Source: Sedimentisphaeraceae bacterium JB056 (GTDB lineage Bacteria; Planctomycetota; Phycisphaerae; Sedimentisphaerales; Sedimentisphaeraceae). From it: a stretch of 64,000 nt of DNA. How positions within the stretch are numbered: the first letter of the stretch is position 1; the number at the start of each line of letters is the position of its first letter. The notes below the pieces were generated by a model. It searched no databases and was not told where the DNA came from. It was given only the letters and a program-made list of their open reading frames with translations. Position numbers and translations under genes: made by a program. Below, piece by piece: positions 9,148 through 19,115 of the stretch. The stretch lies in the NCBI GenBank assembly GCA_044440125.1, contig JBITAJ010000012.1:224001-288000 (forward strand), given 5' to 3'.

Positions 9148-10980
9148 TCAGTTTGCTTCAACAACTTTGTCCTCCTGAAGATAGTAAACCTGTTTTCGGC
9201 TGTCTTTTTTTACGGTTACTATTCCGGAATTTTTTGCAGAGCTTATCATAGGACTGTCGAATTGCATCATGCTTGAGAAAGCCAGTTCTTTTTCGTTATA
9301 AGAAGGCGGGGTTGCTCCAGTTATATTCATTGTGAAAACTGCCGGTCTGTTGTTTGCATCGGTTGCTTTATAGACAAGCATGTTGTCCCTGATTCGCCAG
9401 TCATGTTCGGTTATGTATTCAACGAATTTTTCGATGTCTCTGTATTTTGAAGCTGATGAAGTTATTATCACCAGTGGAGACTCTGCTTCTTTGAGTTCAA
9501 AGTGGTTATTGTCTATCCAGTAGTAGCCGCAGTCAGCACCTATCCTGTGGCAGCTCAGCCCCTTTATTGCGGCCCAGGTAGAGCCTTCTTTGAATATAAG
9601 CCAGCCGCCGCGCTCTATCATCGTAGACCGCAGGTTTTCACTGATATGTACTTTGAGGTTCACCTGGTTTTCGTTGGTCTGAAGCTGTTGGAATATCATT
9701 ATGTTTTCGAATCCGATACATTGTACTGGCTTTCTGTGCCGTTCTGCCTCATTTGTTACGAGAATAAATGACCCTCCGTTGAACATCAGACCTGATGTTG
9801 ATTCGTGTAATATCCAATCGGCATATCCCCTTTTGTTGGTATCTGAATAAACATCAATTGATGGGTCGATGAACAGGCCGCCTAAGACATATTCATTTGT
9901 ACAGTAGCTGTATCGTCTTACAAGTCCTTGGTCAGGAAGCAGTCTTTTCAATCCGCTGTCCGTTTTTTCTAATATGGCAGGCCTTTGTGAACGGTATTCA
10001 TAATCATTTTGGCCGCCGTTATCGAGCAGGATGTCCATCACAACATTAGGCATTCGCCATTGAGTAGTGGCTGCTATATATATGTACTCGCTGCCTTCAT
10101 CCTTATACTTACTTCCCTGTGACCAGCCCATGTCGCTGCATACGAATGGCTCGGCTATCTTCTGCAATGAATCTTTGCCTGGTTCATGCAGATTGGCGCA
10201 GCTTCTTGTTCCACAGCGTACGAGTTCAAACTGATCTTGCGACCAGTCCGCAAACATTATGTCGAGCATCAGCATGATACGTTTTTGAAGATGTGTATTA
10301 TCTGTAAGGTCGTATAAATTAAGAAATGATGCTAATACTGATGCCCCGTCATTCCCTGAACAAACTGCCCAGTTCAGGCCATTCATCGATCTCTCAAGGC
10401 AGTATTTCAGTAGATACTCTTCCCACATGCTGAGTTTTTGAGGATAATCATTGTTTTCTGTATCCTTTAGCGTCTGTAAAATAAGATAAAGTGAACAAAT
10501 TCGAGTTATATCTTTCATGCTGTTATCTTTTATCAGCCATACATCCTTTGATAAAGGTTCCAGTTCTTTACCGTAGTGGTTGACATAAGATTTGAATATA
10601 TCGTTTAGTAATTTGGTCGATTTATCGTCAAGATGTTCTGCTCGCTTGGCGAATAAATAATATGACCGCAGCAGCAAAGGCATCCACTTATCATATTTTT
10701 CGAGTTGATAGTCTGATACTTCAGAAAATCCGGTGTAGCCGCCAATTTCTTCAATGGCTTTTTGGAGGGTTTCATTGGCCTTTTCTTTTTCGAGACCAAG
10801 ATAGAACAGCCCGAAGGCATTTTGTATACTGCTGACATCGTCGCTTCTGGCGCTGCTCCGGCAAAGTTGCCGGGCTCCTTGCTCATGCAGCCGTTTACGC
10901 ATTGAAAGCGTACTGTCACTTAAAGAACCAAAAACAAAAGACGCAAAAACCACCCCTGCCAAAATAATCGTCCTGATCAT
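9148..10980 (-). CDS. Hypothetical secreted protein (helical N-half, beta-rich C-half)
   Basis: 610-aa ORF; ATG at 10980 preceded by GAGGA and followed by a signal-peptide-like MIRTIILAGVVFASFVFG; no catalytic motif recognised. Confidence 0.75.
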   Translation of the reverse strand: MIRTIILAGVVFASFVFGSLSDSTLSMRKRLHEQGARQLCRSSARSDDVSSIQNAFGLFYLGLEKEKANETLQKAIEEIGGYTGFSEVSDYQLEKYDKWMPLLLRSYYLFAKRAEHLDDKSTKLLNDIFKSYVNHYGKELEPLSKDVWLIKDNSMKDITRICSLYLILQTLKDTENNDYPQKLSMWEEYLLKYCLERSMNGLNWAVCSGNDGASVLASFLNLYDLTDNTHLQKRIMLMLDIMFADWSQDQFELVRCGTRSCANLHEPGKDSLQKIAEPFVCSDMGWSQGSKYKDEGSEYIYIAATTQWRMPNVVMDILLDNGGQNDYEYRSQRPAILEKTDSGLKRLLPDQGLVRRYSYCTNEYVLGGLFIDPSIDVYSDTNKRGYADWILHESTSGLMFNGGSFILVTNEAERHRKPVQCIGFENIMIFQQLQTNENQVNLKVHISENLRSTMIERGGWLIFKEGSTWAAIKGLSCHRIGADCGYYWIDNNHFELKEAESPLVIITSSASKYRDIEKFVEYITEHDWRIRDNMLVYKATDANNRPAVFTMNITGATPPSYNEKELAFSSMMQFDSPMISSAKNSGIVTVKKDSRKQVYYLQEDKVVEAN

Positions 10981-11477
10981 AATATCCTCAAATTGCAAAT
11001 CTAAAAGTTCGAATTACCTCAAAAACTAACGCAATTATAACGAAACAAACAAATCATTTCATTAATAAAATTTAAGATTTTACTGATTTATGCTTACTCT
11101 GATTAGATTCTCGACATTATAAGATGGTATCGGTAAGCAAATATTTGCAGTATTTGCCGGCACTTATCTTAAATGCTATGGTATTATTGATAGTAAGACT
11201 TTTGTAGTATTTTTCTGCTTTTTTAGGAGGTTGCCCCGTTGTATTTTGTTTTGATCAATTTTCTTGCAAGTCATTTTGTCTATTAGTTTTATGTCTTTAA
11301 ATTCTCTTGTGGTTTGAGTACGGATTGATACATAAAGTAGCATAACCTACAGTCAAACCGGGACGTTTGTCGGCTTTGGTGATATTCAAACAGACCGCGA
11401 TTCAAAATTTTGTTGTTAAAAGCCTGTTTTTATGTATGATTAATGATTAAGTGTATTTATACGGCGGATCATATATA

Positions 11478-11909
11478 ATGCCTGGTAAGAACATATATAA
11501 CAGCAAATATTATAGATCGAGACAGCAGGATATATCCGATGAGTTTTCGCTCTATGGCAAAGTTGCCGGTTGGATGAGAGTGGCGTTGTTCTTGCTTGTC
11601 TTTATATCCGTGCCGTTATTTTTTATATGTCTGCAGATATATTTTGCGATAGGTGAAAGTTATGTTTATAGTGAGTTTGTAGCCAATTACATACTTATAT
11701 GTATATATTGCCTGCTTATTCCTATATTCATTGCGACTACTTGCCTGATGATGATAAAGCCTATATATACACTGATTTGTGTAGTGTATGTTCTTCTTGT
11801 GGCCGGGCTTAGCTTTTTAATCGCACCGGCGATAATGGAAAAATTGTTTGAATTATTTATATATTTTCTTAATTGGGTTGCTGGAAATATTACTGTAGGT
11901 CCCAAGTAA
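11478..11909 (+). CDS. Hypothetical integral membrane protein (about 3-4 TM)
   Basis: Hydrophobic segments; ATG at 11478 (track start GTG 11451); ends 29 bp before the regulator gene. Confidence 0.6.
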   Translation: MPGKNIYNSKYYRSRQQDISDEFSLYGKVAGWMRVALFLLVFISVPLFFICLQIYFAIGESYVYSEFVANYILICIYCLLIPIFIATTCLMMIKPIYTLICVVYVLLVAGLSFLIAPAIMEKLFELFIYFLNWVAGNITVGPK

Positions 11910-11938
11910 ACTAACGAAAACGGATTTTAGGTAGTTTT

Positions 11939-13561
11939 ATGCAAAAAAAGATACTTGTAGTAGATGATGAACCGGCAAACATCTTTACTCTGCGTTCTAT
12001 GCTGGAACCTCAGGAAGGGTATGTTGTAGACTCCACCGAATCGGGGCTTGAAGCACTCGAGATGATAAAAGTCAACGATTACGATTTGGTATTGCTTGAT
12101 GTGATGATGCCTCAGATTGACGGTTATGAAGTTTGCTCGAGAATGAAGGTTGCCGAACCTGATTTACCGGTAATACTTGTAACAGCTCTTGTTGACAGTG
12201 AGTATCTCAGAAAAGGTTTTGAGGTTGGTGCTATTGACTACATCCGAAAGCCTGTTGATGAGCTTGAGTTGCTGTCGCGAGTCAATAATATACTCAAAAA
12301 TAAAGAGTCTGAGGCGAAGATAAAAGAACTGTATTCGAGCTTGCTTCGAGATCTCGAGGTAGCTTCTCGTATTCAGATGCACATGCTGCCTCCTCATTTC
12401 GTTATTGATAATGATATAAATTACAGCACCGGTTATAGTCCTTCCTCTCAGATCGGCGGAGATATCTTTGATATTATTAAACTGTCAAATGATAAATATT
12501 TTGTCTATATAGGAGACATTTCCGGTCATGGTGCGCAGGCTGCATTGCTTATGAGTGCTATAAAGTCTACGATTCACCTTACTATTGAGGAAAAGAAGGA
12601 TACTATAACACCTGCTCAGTTTATGAATATCCTTAACAGGACTGTTTGTGATCAGCTTTTTGAAAATAACTACATGACTCTTCTTGCGGGTTTTATAGAC
12701 CTCAAAAAGGGTGTTTTCAGATATTTTAATGCCGGCCATCCCCCTATAATTGAATATGATATAGAGAATTGCATTGCAAGAAAATGTAACAGCAATGGTT
12801 CAATACCTGTGGGTTGGCGAGGCAGTATTGAGTATCTCGAAGAGGAAGAGGATGTAATGGATATCAAAGGTAACCATATTTATATGATGTTTACCGATGG
12901 TATCATTGAGTGTAATGATGAGAGCGGCGAGGAGTTTGGACTTGATGGTTTGATTTCCCTGCTTGAAAATGCTATATTGCCTCAGAGCAGTCTTGCCCTG
13001 CCTCAGAAGATAAAAGAATGGCTGACCAGAGCAGGTTTTGAAACTTCGACAGATGATTTTTCGATGCTTGTTTTTGAATCTATGGCTACGGGTTCAAATC
13101 GCTTTGCTTTTGAAGTTCACAAGATGCCGGGAGTTTCCCAAAACAAAAAGGTGTCGAAATATGCAGAAAAGATCTATACACTTGATACTGTAGCTCTTGC
13201 AGGTAGAATAAGTGAGAGGCTTACAATAGAGAAGCTATGGGATAATGAGCTTGCGGCAAAGGTTGAGCTGACCGTTAATGAGTTTCTGACTAACATAATT
13301 GTTCATGGTCTTCCAGGAATGTACAGGCCGATTGTGGTTATGGAGTTGATATTCACTGATAATGAGGCGATGATATGTTTCTATGATAACGGTATTGAGT
13401 GGGAACCTAAGAGCGGCGGTGATATCGAGAATATATTTGAAGACATTGATGGATTTGCCGAGTCAGGCAGAGGTATAGCTATTATAAATTCTATATCAAG
13501 ATCGCTTAGACGTATGAGGCATGATGATATCAATGAGACTATAATAACGCTGACTAAATGA
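11939..13561 (+). CDS. Receiver + PP2C/SpoIIE phosphatase + RsbW-like Ser kinase fusion (HsbR-like partner-switching regulator)
   Basis: REC: VVDDE, LLDVMMP, KP; PP2C: GGDIFD, GDISGHG, NAGHPP, FTDG, TDD; HATPase: NEFLTNIIVHG, YDNG, ESGRG. Confidence 0.9.
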   Translation: MQKKILVVDDEPANIFTLRSMLEPQEGYVVDSTESGLEALEMIKVNDYDLVLLDVMMPQIDGYEVCSRMKVAEPDLPVILVTALVDSEYLRKGFEVGAIDYIRKPVDELELLSRVNNILKNKESEAKIKELYSSLLRDLEVASRIQMHMLPPHFVIDNDINYSTGYSPSSQIGGDIFDIIKLSNDKYFVYIGDISGHGAQAALLMSAIKSTIHLTIEEKKDTITPAQFMNILNRTVCDQLFENNYMTLLAGFIDLKKGVFRYFNAGHPPIIEYDIENCIARKCNSNGSIPVGWRGSIEYLEEEEDVMDIKGNHIYMMFTDGIIECNDESGEEFGLDGLISLLENAILPQSSLALPQKIKEWLTRAGFETSTDDFSMLVFESMATGSNRFAFEVHKMPGVSQNKKVSKYAEKIYTLDTVALAGRISERLTIEKLWDNELAAKVELTVNEFLTNIIVHGLPGMYRPIVVMELIFTDNEAMICFYDNGIEWEPKSGGDIENIFEDIDGFAESGRGIAIINSISRSLRRMRHDDINETIITLTK

Positions 13562-13613
13562 TGTCTTTTCCGGCAATCTATTTTACCGGTTTCGTGTTGT
13601 AAGGAATATATGG

Positions 13614-14480
13614 ATGGCAGTTGAAGTAAGCATAGTAATGCGTTCGTGCAATGATATTGAGTATATCGGCAAAACTCTTGAGATGGTATTCAAACAGAAT
13701 TTCACTGATTTCGAGCTTATAAATGTCGATTGCAGTTCCACTGACGGCACATATGATATTGTCAAGAAGTATAACCCCGATAAGTCGTATCAGATTTTGC
13801 AGTCTGATTATGTTCCAGGTCGTGTTCTCAATGATGCGATAGGTAAGTGCAGCGGCAGGATAGTCGTCTTTAACAATTCCGATTGTGTGCCTTGTGATGA
13901 GAACTGGCTTGGTAATCTGATCAAACCACTTCAGAATGGCGAGGCTATTGCTTCTTACGGATGTCAGCTTCCCAGAGAAGATGCCCATCCTCTTGTGAGG
14001 AAAGACAATTTGAGGGCGTTCAGTTCCATTGGCCAGAGCTGGTTTCATTTCTTCTCACTGGCAACAAGTGCGATTATAAGAGAAGAGCTTATAAGACATC
14101 CATTTGATAATGATATCCAGTATTCAGAAGATATCTACTGGTCGTATAAGGCGAGAGAGCGTGGATGTAAGATTGCTTTTGCCAAAGATTCTGCTGTTGA
14201 GCATTCACATAATTATACTTTCCCGCAGATTAAAAAGCGTTTCTATGGAGAGGGGTTTGCAGAAGGTGCAATATACGGCTCACGCGGAGTTGAAGACACG
14301 TTTCTGATGAAGGTGATAAAGCCTTTTATTGCAGAAACACTGCGTGATGTCGTTTACTTAATAAAGACAGCAAAGCCCCACTTGATATTCTATGCTCCAT
14401 TCTACAGATGGAAGCAGAAATATTGGGTCTACAAAGGGCTTAAAGATTATTTCAAGAGTTCAGATAAAAAGCAGGTGTGA
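13614..14480 (+). CDS. Glycosyltransferase family 2
   Basis: VSIVMRSCND, VDCSSTDGT, NNSDC (DxD-like), YSED. Confidence 0.88.
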   Translation: MAVEVSIVMRSCNDIEYIGKTLEMVFKQNFTDFELINVDCSSTDGTYDIVKKYNPDKSYQILQSDYVPGRVLNDAIGKCSGRIVVFNNSDCVPCDENWLGNLIKPLQNGEAIASYGCQLPREDAHPLVRKDNLRAFSSIGQSWFHFFSLATSAIIREELIRHPFDNDIQYSEDIYWSYKARERGCKIAFAKDSAVEHSHNYTFPQIKKRFYGEGFAEGAIYGSRGVEDTFLMKVIKPFIAETLRDVVYLIKTAKPHLIFYAPFYRWKQKYWVYKGLKDYFKSSDKKQV

Positions 14481-14481
14481 G

Positions 14482-16797
14482 ATGCAGAAACTCCTTTATA
14501 TAGATACGCCTTTCTTTGAAGGGTTTGGCGGAGATAAAAACAGAAGCCGTTTTTTGTACGAAAGTCTGAAAGAAAAATATGAAGTTGATGTGCTTCTTAT
14601 AACTGACAGACCCAGCCAATATGCCGGCTACAGAACAATCAAACCGTCTCCCGCAGTATTTCACAAACCCCAATCTGTTTATAATTTTTCAAAAGAGTCT
14701 ATTGATAACTTTGAACGAACTCTTTTGACAGGAAAGTATGACGTGGTTTTCATTCGTTTCTGTTCCCCGGCGGCTCTTGCTGATGTAGCATCCTATATTT
14801 TGCCGGAAGCCAAGATTGTTGTTGATGTCGATATGCTTCTGTCAAGAATATCGGCACTTTCATGGCAGATGAACAGGACTATAAAAAATCGGTTCTATTT
14901 CCTTGAGAACATACGTTTGAGGTTTTTTGAACGCCGTTTCTTCAGGAACAACTATCTGTTTCTGTTCAGCAATCCTATAGAAAGAGATATGGTTGCCCGC
15001 AATGTCTACTGCGGCGGTGCAAGCCTTGAAATCATACCTAATATAATGCAGGATGCTGATCCGCAGGTTGATACACAGGAAAAATATCTTCTATTTTACG
15101 GGGCTTTGAGCTCGGCGGCAAATAAGGATGCTTACAGATATCTTGCACATGAAATTTATCACCATATAGAACCCGAGCTCAAAAAGAATAACATTCGTCT
15201 GAGAATTGTCGGCAAGAATATGGATTCTGAGTATCAGCAGCTCAAAGATCAGCACAATATGGAGATGGTCGACCTTGTCGGTCAGGTTGATGATATAAAT
15301 GCAGAGATTAAGGGTTCGGAGTTTGTGTTCCTGCCTTTACGTGTGGCATCTGGTACGAGAACGAGAATACTGGAAGCTGCAGCCGTTGGAAGGGCTGTTG
15401 TTACGACGACCATCGGCGCTGAAGGGCTTGATTTTTCGCCTGAGGAGATTGCGATTGCCGATAGTCCGATTACTCTTGCCGGAAAAGTTGAATCATTATT
15501 AGAGGATCGAAAATCTCTTGAGGAGATGGCGGCTTGTTTCAAGCAGAAAAGTGAGGCTCTTTATTCTGCTAAGGTTGTTGCCGAGGATCTGATAGAAAGA
15601 ATAGGTGAATATATGCCGCGAAGGAAAAATGTAGCGATTGTTACCAATAGATTTTATCCAGAGGTTGGCGGGGCGGAAACCAATATATATTTTCAGGCAA
15701 GGCGTTTGAGCAAGGACTGTAATGTTACTGTTTTCTGCCCGAAGCGAATTGATGCCCCATGGAGTGAACAGCTTGACGGCTTCAATCTCAGGAGATTGAA
15801 AGATTTTTTCAATCTTGGTGGCAAGTACCCTAATATAAAGACCAAGACCTTTACGCCATCAATATTCTTCAAGATACTTTTCGGTAAGTTTGATGTTGTA
15901 ATGTGTTTTCCGGCATTGAGTTACAATAATATGCTTGCCTTCTTCGCGTGTAAGCTGAGCAAGACGCCTATAATTCTGTGCTGTTTCGACTGGCTTGATT
16001 ACAGCGATATAATGCTTAAGGAAGGTCGTATTGACCCTACGATGATAGAGCGTCACAGTCCGAAAACGTATCAGGAGTTTTTCCTTCGCAGATTTGATTA
16101 TATATTCGCGATAAGCAACAAAGAGATTGCATTCTTCAAGAAATATAATCAGAATGTGGGATATTCGCCTGTGCCTATTTTGCTTGATGAGTATCAGGTG
16201 GAAGTTGACAATCCAAGAGCTAAATACAGTGTTAGCGATGATGAGTTTGTATTTTTGTCCTTAGGCCGTGTTTCCAAGATAAAGGGGCAGGATATAGCGG
16301 CAGAGGCGTTCGTAAGAGCGGCTGAAAAGATGCCGGATTCCAAGCTTGTGTTTGTGGGCAGATGCGATTACGATCCTGACATACATAGTCATATCAAGAA
16401 AATAGCAGAGGAAAAAGGGCTTACTGACAGGGTGATTTTTACCGGCATGGTTGAGCGTGAAGAGGTGCTTGGATGGCTTAGGAACAGCGATATTCACGTA
16501 ATACCTGTGCGTTTCATGAATTCGGGTGCGGTTGTTGTTGAAAGCTGGATCAGCCATACTCCTGTGCTTCAGAGCGATGTTGTTGATCCGAATCTTGTTA
16601 AAGACGGTCAGACCGGTTATCTTTTCCGTTCTGAATCTGTTGATCATTTGGCAGAGAAGATGGTTACCGCATATGAAAACCGAAGTAATCTCAAAGAGAT
16701 GGGTTTTGCAGGCGAAGAGCTTGTCAAACAGAAATATACCTATGAGTATCTCATAAACCTTTACCTCGAGACATTTAACAAGGTAAAAAAGAAATAA
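14482..16797 (+). CDS. Fused double GT4 (GT-B) glycosyltransferase
   Basis: ATG 1 bp after upstream stop; first domain SGTRTRILEAAAVG...TTIGAEG; second domain RFYPEVGGAE, GRVSKIKGQD, VVVESW. Confidence 0.85.
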   Translation: MQKLLYIDTPFFEGFGGDKNRSRFLYESLKEKYEVDVLLITDRPSQYAGYRTIKPSPAVFHKPQSVYNFSKESIDNFERTLLTGKYDVVFIRFCSPAALADVASYILPEAKIVVDVDMLLSRISALSWQMNRTIKNRFYFLENIRLRFFERRFFRNNYLFLFSNPIERDMVARNVYCGGASLEIIPNIMQDADPQVDTQEKYLLFYGALSSAANKDAYRYLAHEIYHHIEPELKKNNIRLRIVGKNMDSEYQQLKDQHNMEMVDLVGQVDDINAEIKGSEFVFLPLRVASGTRTRILEAAAVGRAVVTTTIGAEGLDFSPEEIAIADSPITLAGKVESLLEDRKSLEEMAACFKQKSEALYSAKVVAEDLIERIGEYMPRRKNVAIVTNRFYPEVGGAETNIYFQARRLSKDCNVTVFCPKRIDAPWSEQLDGFNLRRLKDFFNLGGKYPNIKTKTFTPSIFFKILFGKFDVVMCFPALSYNNMLAFFACKLSKTPIILCCFDWLDYSDIMLKEGRIDPTMIERHSPKTYQEFFLRRFDYIFAISNKEIAFFKKYNQNVGYSPVPILLDEYQVEVDNPRAKYSVSDDEFVFLSLGRVSKIKGQDIAAEAFVRAAEKMPDSKLVFVGRCDYDPDIHSHIKKIAEEKGLTDRVIFTGMVEREEVLGWLRNSDIHVIPVRFMNSGAVVVESWISHTPVLQSDVVDPNLVKDGQTGYLFRSESVDHLAEKMVTAYENRSNLKEMGFAGEELVKQKYTYEYLINLYLETFNKVKKK

Positions 16798-16825
16798 ACC
16801 GGCGAATTATGAGTCAGGCGTTTTA

Positions 16826-17992
16826 ATGGACAGCAATATATTATTCGTAAACAGCAAGTTTGGCTTTTGGGGCGGCGTTGAGCGGTATATCTACGATACC
16901 GCTGAAATACTCAAGAGCAATGACTTTGAATGTCGCGGTTTGTTTGAGTCTCGCAGCGACAGGACAAACGGCTTTGATGAGCATTTTGTGTCGGTAGATA
17001 TTTACGACGGAAATTTAGACCAGATCAAGGCATTGAAAGATAGTGGTGTTTCCACCGCTTTTATCCATAAGATCTCCAATCCAAAGCTACTTAGAGAGCT
17101 TAATGAGAATTTCAAGACGATTGCTTTTGTCCACGATCATGATTATTACTGTTTGAGGCGGCATAAATATTTTCCTATAAACAGAAAGAACTGCCGCTAC
17201 AGCTATAATCCTGTTTTATGCTCAGTGTGTTCGGGGCTTATAATGAAGGACAGTAGCAGTCCGGTTAAGGTAAAACCCGTTGATTTCAGAAGTTATATAG
17301 ATATTTTTAGGGAACTTAAGAAGTGTGATGCTTATATTGTTATGTCAGATTTTATGCGTGATAATCTTGTGAACAATGGGTTTGACTCACGGAAAATCAC
17401 TAAAATCTATCCCGTTAAGCAGCCGCATATTATTAGTGAAGGCTCTGGAGAGGGTGAGATTCTGTATGTGGGGCAGCTTATTCGGGGCAAAGGCGTGGAT
17501 TTGCTTATTGAGGCGATGAGATTTGTTCGGAGTAAGTGTCTTTTGCGTATTGTAGGCACCGGTAATGATACCGATTATATAAAATCGCTTATTGATAAAT
17601 ATCAGCTTGGCGGCAAAGTTAAGCTTGTGGGCTGGTGCGATGACGTAGGTGACTGCTACAGGGATTGTGATCTTGTAGTTGTGCCCTCACGCTGGCAGGA
17701 GCCGTTTGGAATGATAGGTGCTGAGGCTTTCAGTTACGGCAGACCTGTAGTCGGCTTTAATGTTGGCGGTATCAAAGAGTGGCTCAAGGATGGTGTCAAC
17801 GGCCTGATAACCGAAGCCGGTAATACCCGTCAGCTTGCCGAAAACATTGATACATTGCTTGGGAACCCGGATTTACGCAAAATAATGGGCCGAAATGGCT
17901 ATGAAATGGTGAAAAACGAATATAGCGAAGAAGTGTTTGTTGAGAAATTCCAGTCGCTCTTGTATAAAATGTCGGAGGGCGATAATGTATAA
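16826..17992 (+). CDS. Glycosyltransferase family 4
   Basis: GGVERY, GQLIRGKGVD, PSRWQEPFGMIGAEAF; Cys-rich insert. Confidence 0.9.
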   Translation: MDSNILFVNSKFGFWGGVERYIYDTAEILKSNDFECRGLFESRSDRTNGFDEHFVSVDIYDGNLDQIKALKDSGVSTAFIHKISNPKLLRELNENFKTIAFVHDHDYYCLRRHKYFPINRKNCRYSYNPVLCSVCSGLIMKDSSSPVKVKPVDFRSYIDIFRELKKCDAYIVMSDFMRDNLVNNGFDSRKITKIYPVKQPHIISEGSGEGEILYVGQLIRGKGVDLLIEAMRFVRSKCLLRIVGTGNDTDYIKSLIDKYQLGGKVKLVGWCDDVGDCYRDCDLVVVPSRWQEPFGMIGAEAFSYGRPVVGFNVGGIKEWLKDGVNGLITEAGNTRQLAENIDTLLGNPDLRKIMGRNGYEMVKNEYSEEVFVEKFQSLLYKMSEGDNV

Positions 17993-19115
17993 GATATTTG
18001 TAAGCGGGTTTGCTTATGATGATGGCAAAAGCGGTATAAGCAACTATATTGACAATGTAGTGAAGTGTCTTGCTCAAGAACATCATGTTGATGTGATGGT
18101 GCTGAAAAAAGACGCGGCTATGTTCAGCGAGCGAAATCCGGACGTCAATCTTAAAATACTTCCTGACTGGATGGGAAAGTCAGCGGTAAATGCGATGCTT
18201 CATTTGTTTATTCTGCCGTTTATGCTCAATCTCAAGCAGTATGATTTTATCTTTCTGCCGGCAGGCAACAGACGCCTTTTCTGCCGTTTCCCTAAATGGA
18301 CGGTTACGACTTTTCATGATCTTTCGCAGTTTCATCTTAAAGGCAAATATGATAAGCTGAGAACATTCTATGTCTTTAACGTGCTTCGCAGGGCTTTGCT
18401 GAAGGTTGACAGTATATGCGCGATAAGCAAAAGCACGGCAAACGATATCAAGCACTTCTATAAGATTGGTGATGATAAGATATTCATTAATTATAATGGT
18501 TTTGATAAGAACAGGATAGAAGATAAGTCTGTTACAGTAAATGATTTGCAGGAAAAGTACGGTATTGACGGTAAGTTTTTGCTTTATGTCGCGAGAATTG
18601 AACATCCGGGTAAGAATCATCTCAATCTGGTCAAGGCTTATGAGAAACTCCCACAGGATATTCGTGATCAATACAGTCTTGTATTTGCCGGAAGCGATTG
18701 GAGCGGTGCTCAGGCAGTTCATGAGTATGTCAGCTCTTCGCCTGTTTGTGATAGAGTCAAATTTTGCGGATTTGTTGATGATTCTTACCTGTCCGCACTT
18801 TACAGATACGCCTCTTTATACGTCTTTCCATCATATTGTGAAGGGTTTGGTATTCCGATGCTTGAGGCAATGGCAGCGGAAACTCCTGTGGTTTGTTCGG
18901 ATAGGACATCGTTGCCTGAGATTGGCGGTGATGCCGTTATTACTTTTGAGCCTGAGGATTGTTATCAGATAAGTGACAGTATATTTAAAGTATTGACAGA
19001 CAATGCTTTGTATGATAGATTAGTTTCTAATGGTTGTGAGCGAGTAAAGGATTTTGACTGGAAAAAACATGCTGAACGGATCGTGAAGGAATATGAACGT
19101 GGCAATACCAGATAA
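17985..19115 (+). CDS. Glycosyltransferase family 4 (mannosyltransferase-like)
   Basis: GGAGG RBS before ATG 17985; RIEHPGKN, FPSYCEGFGIPMLEAM. Confidence 0.9.
   Translation: MYKIFVSGFAYDDGKSGISNYIDNVVKCLAQEHHVDVMVLKKDAAMFSERNPDVNLKILPDWMGKSAVNAMLHLFILPFMLNLKQYDFIFLPAGNRRLFCRFPKWTVTTFHDLSQFHLKGKYDKLRTFYVFNVLRRALLKVDSICAISKSTANDIKHFYKIGDDKIFINYNGFDKNRIEDKSVTVNDLQEKYGIDGKFLLYVARIEHPGKNHLNLVKAYEKLPQDIRDQYSLVFAGSDWSGAQAVHEYVSSSPVCDRVKFCGFVDDSYLSALYRYASLYVFPSYCEGFGIPMLEAMAAETPVVCSDRTSLPEIGGDAVITFEPEDCYQISDSIFKVLTDNALYDRLVSNGCERVKDFDWKKHAERIVKEYERGNTR

Noticed and set aside
11000..11450. Riboswitch (e.g. c-di-GMP-I) or sRNA upstream of the EPS operon
   Set aside because: A ggttgcc end is present, but no GGCAAA...GAAA...GACGCAAA core could be found; cannot be supported without Infernal
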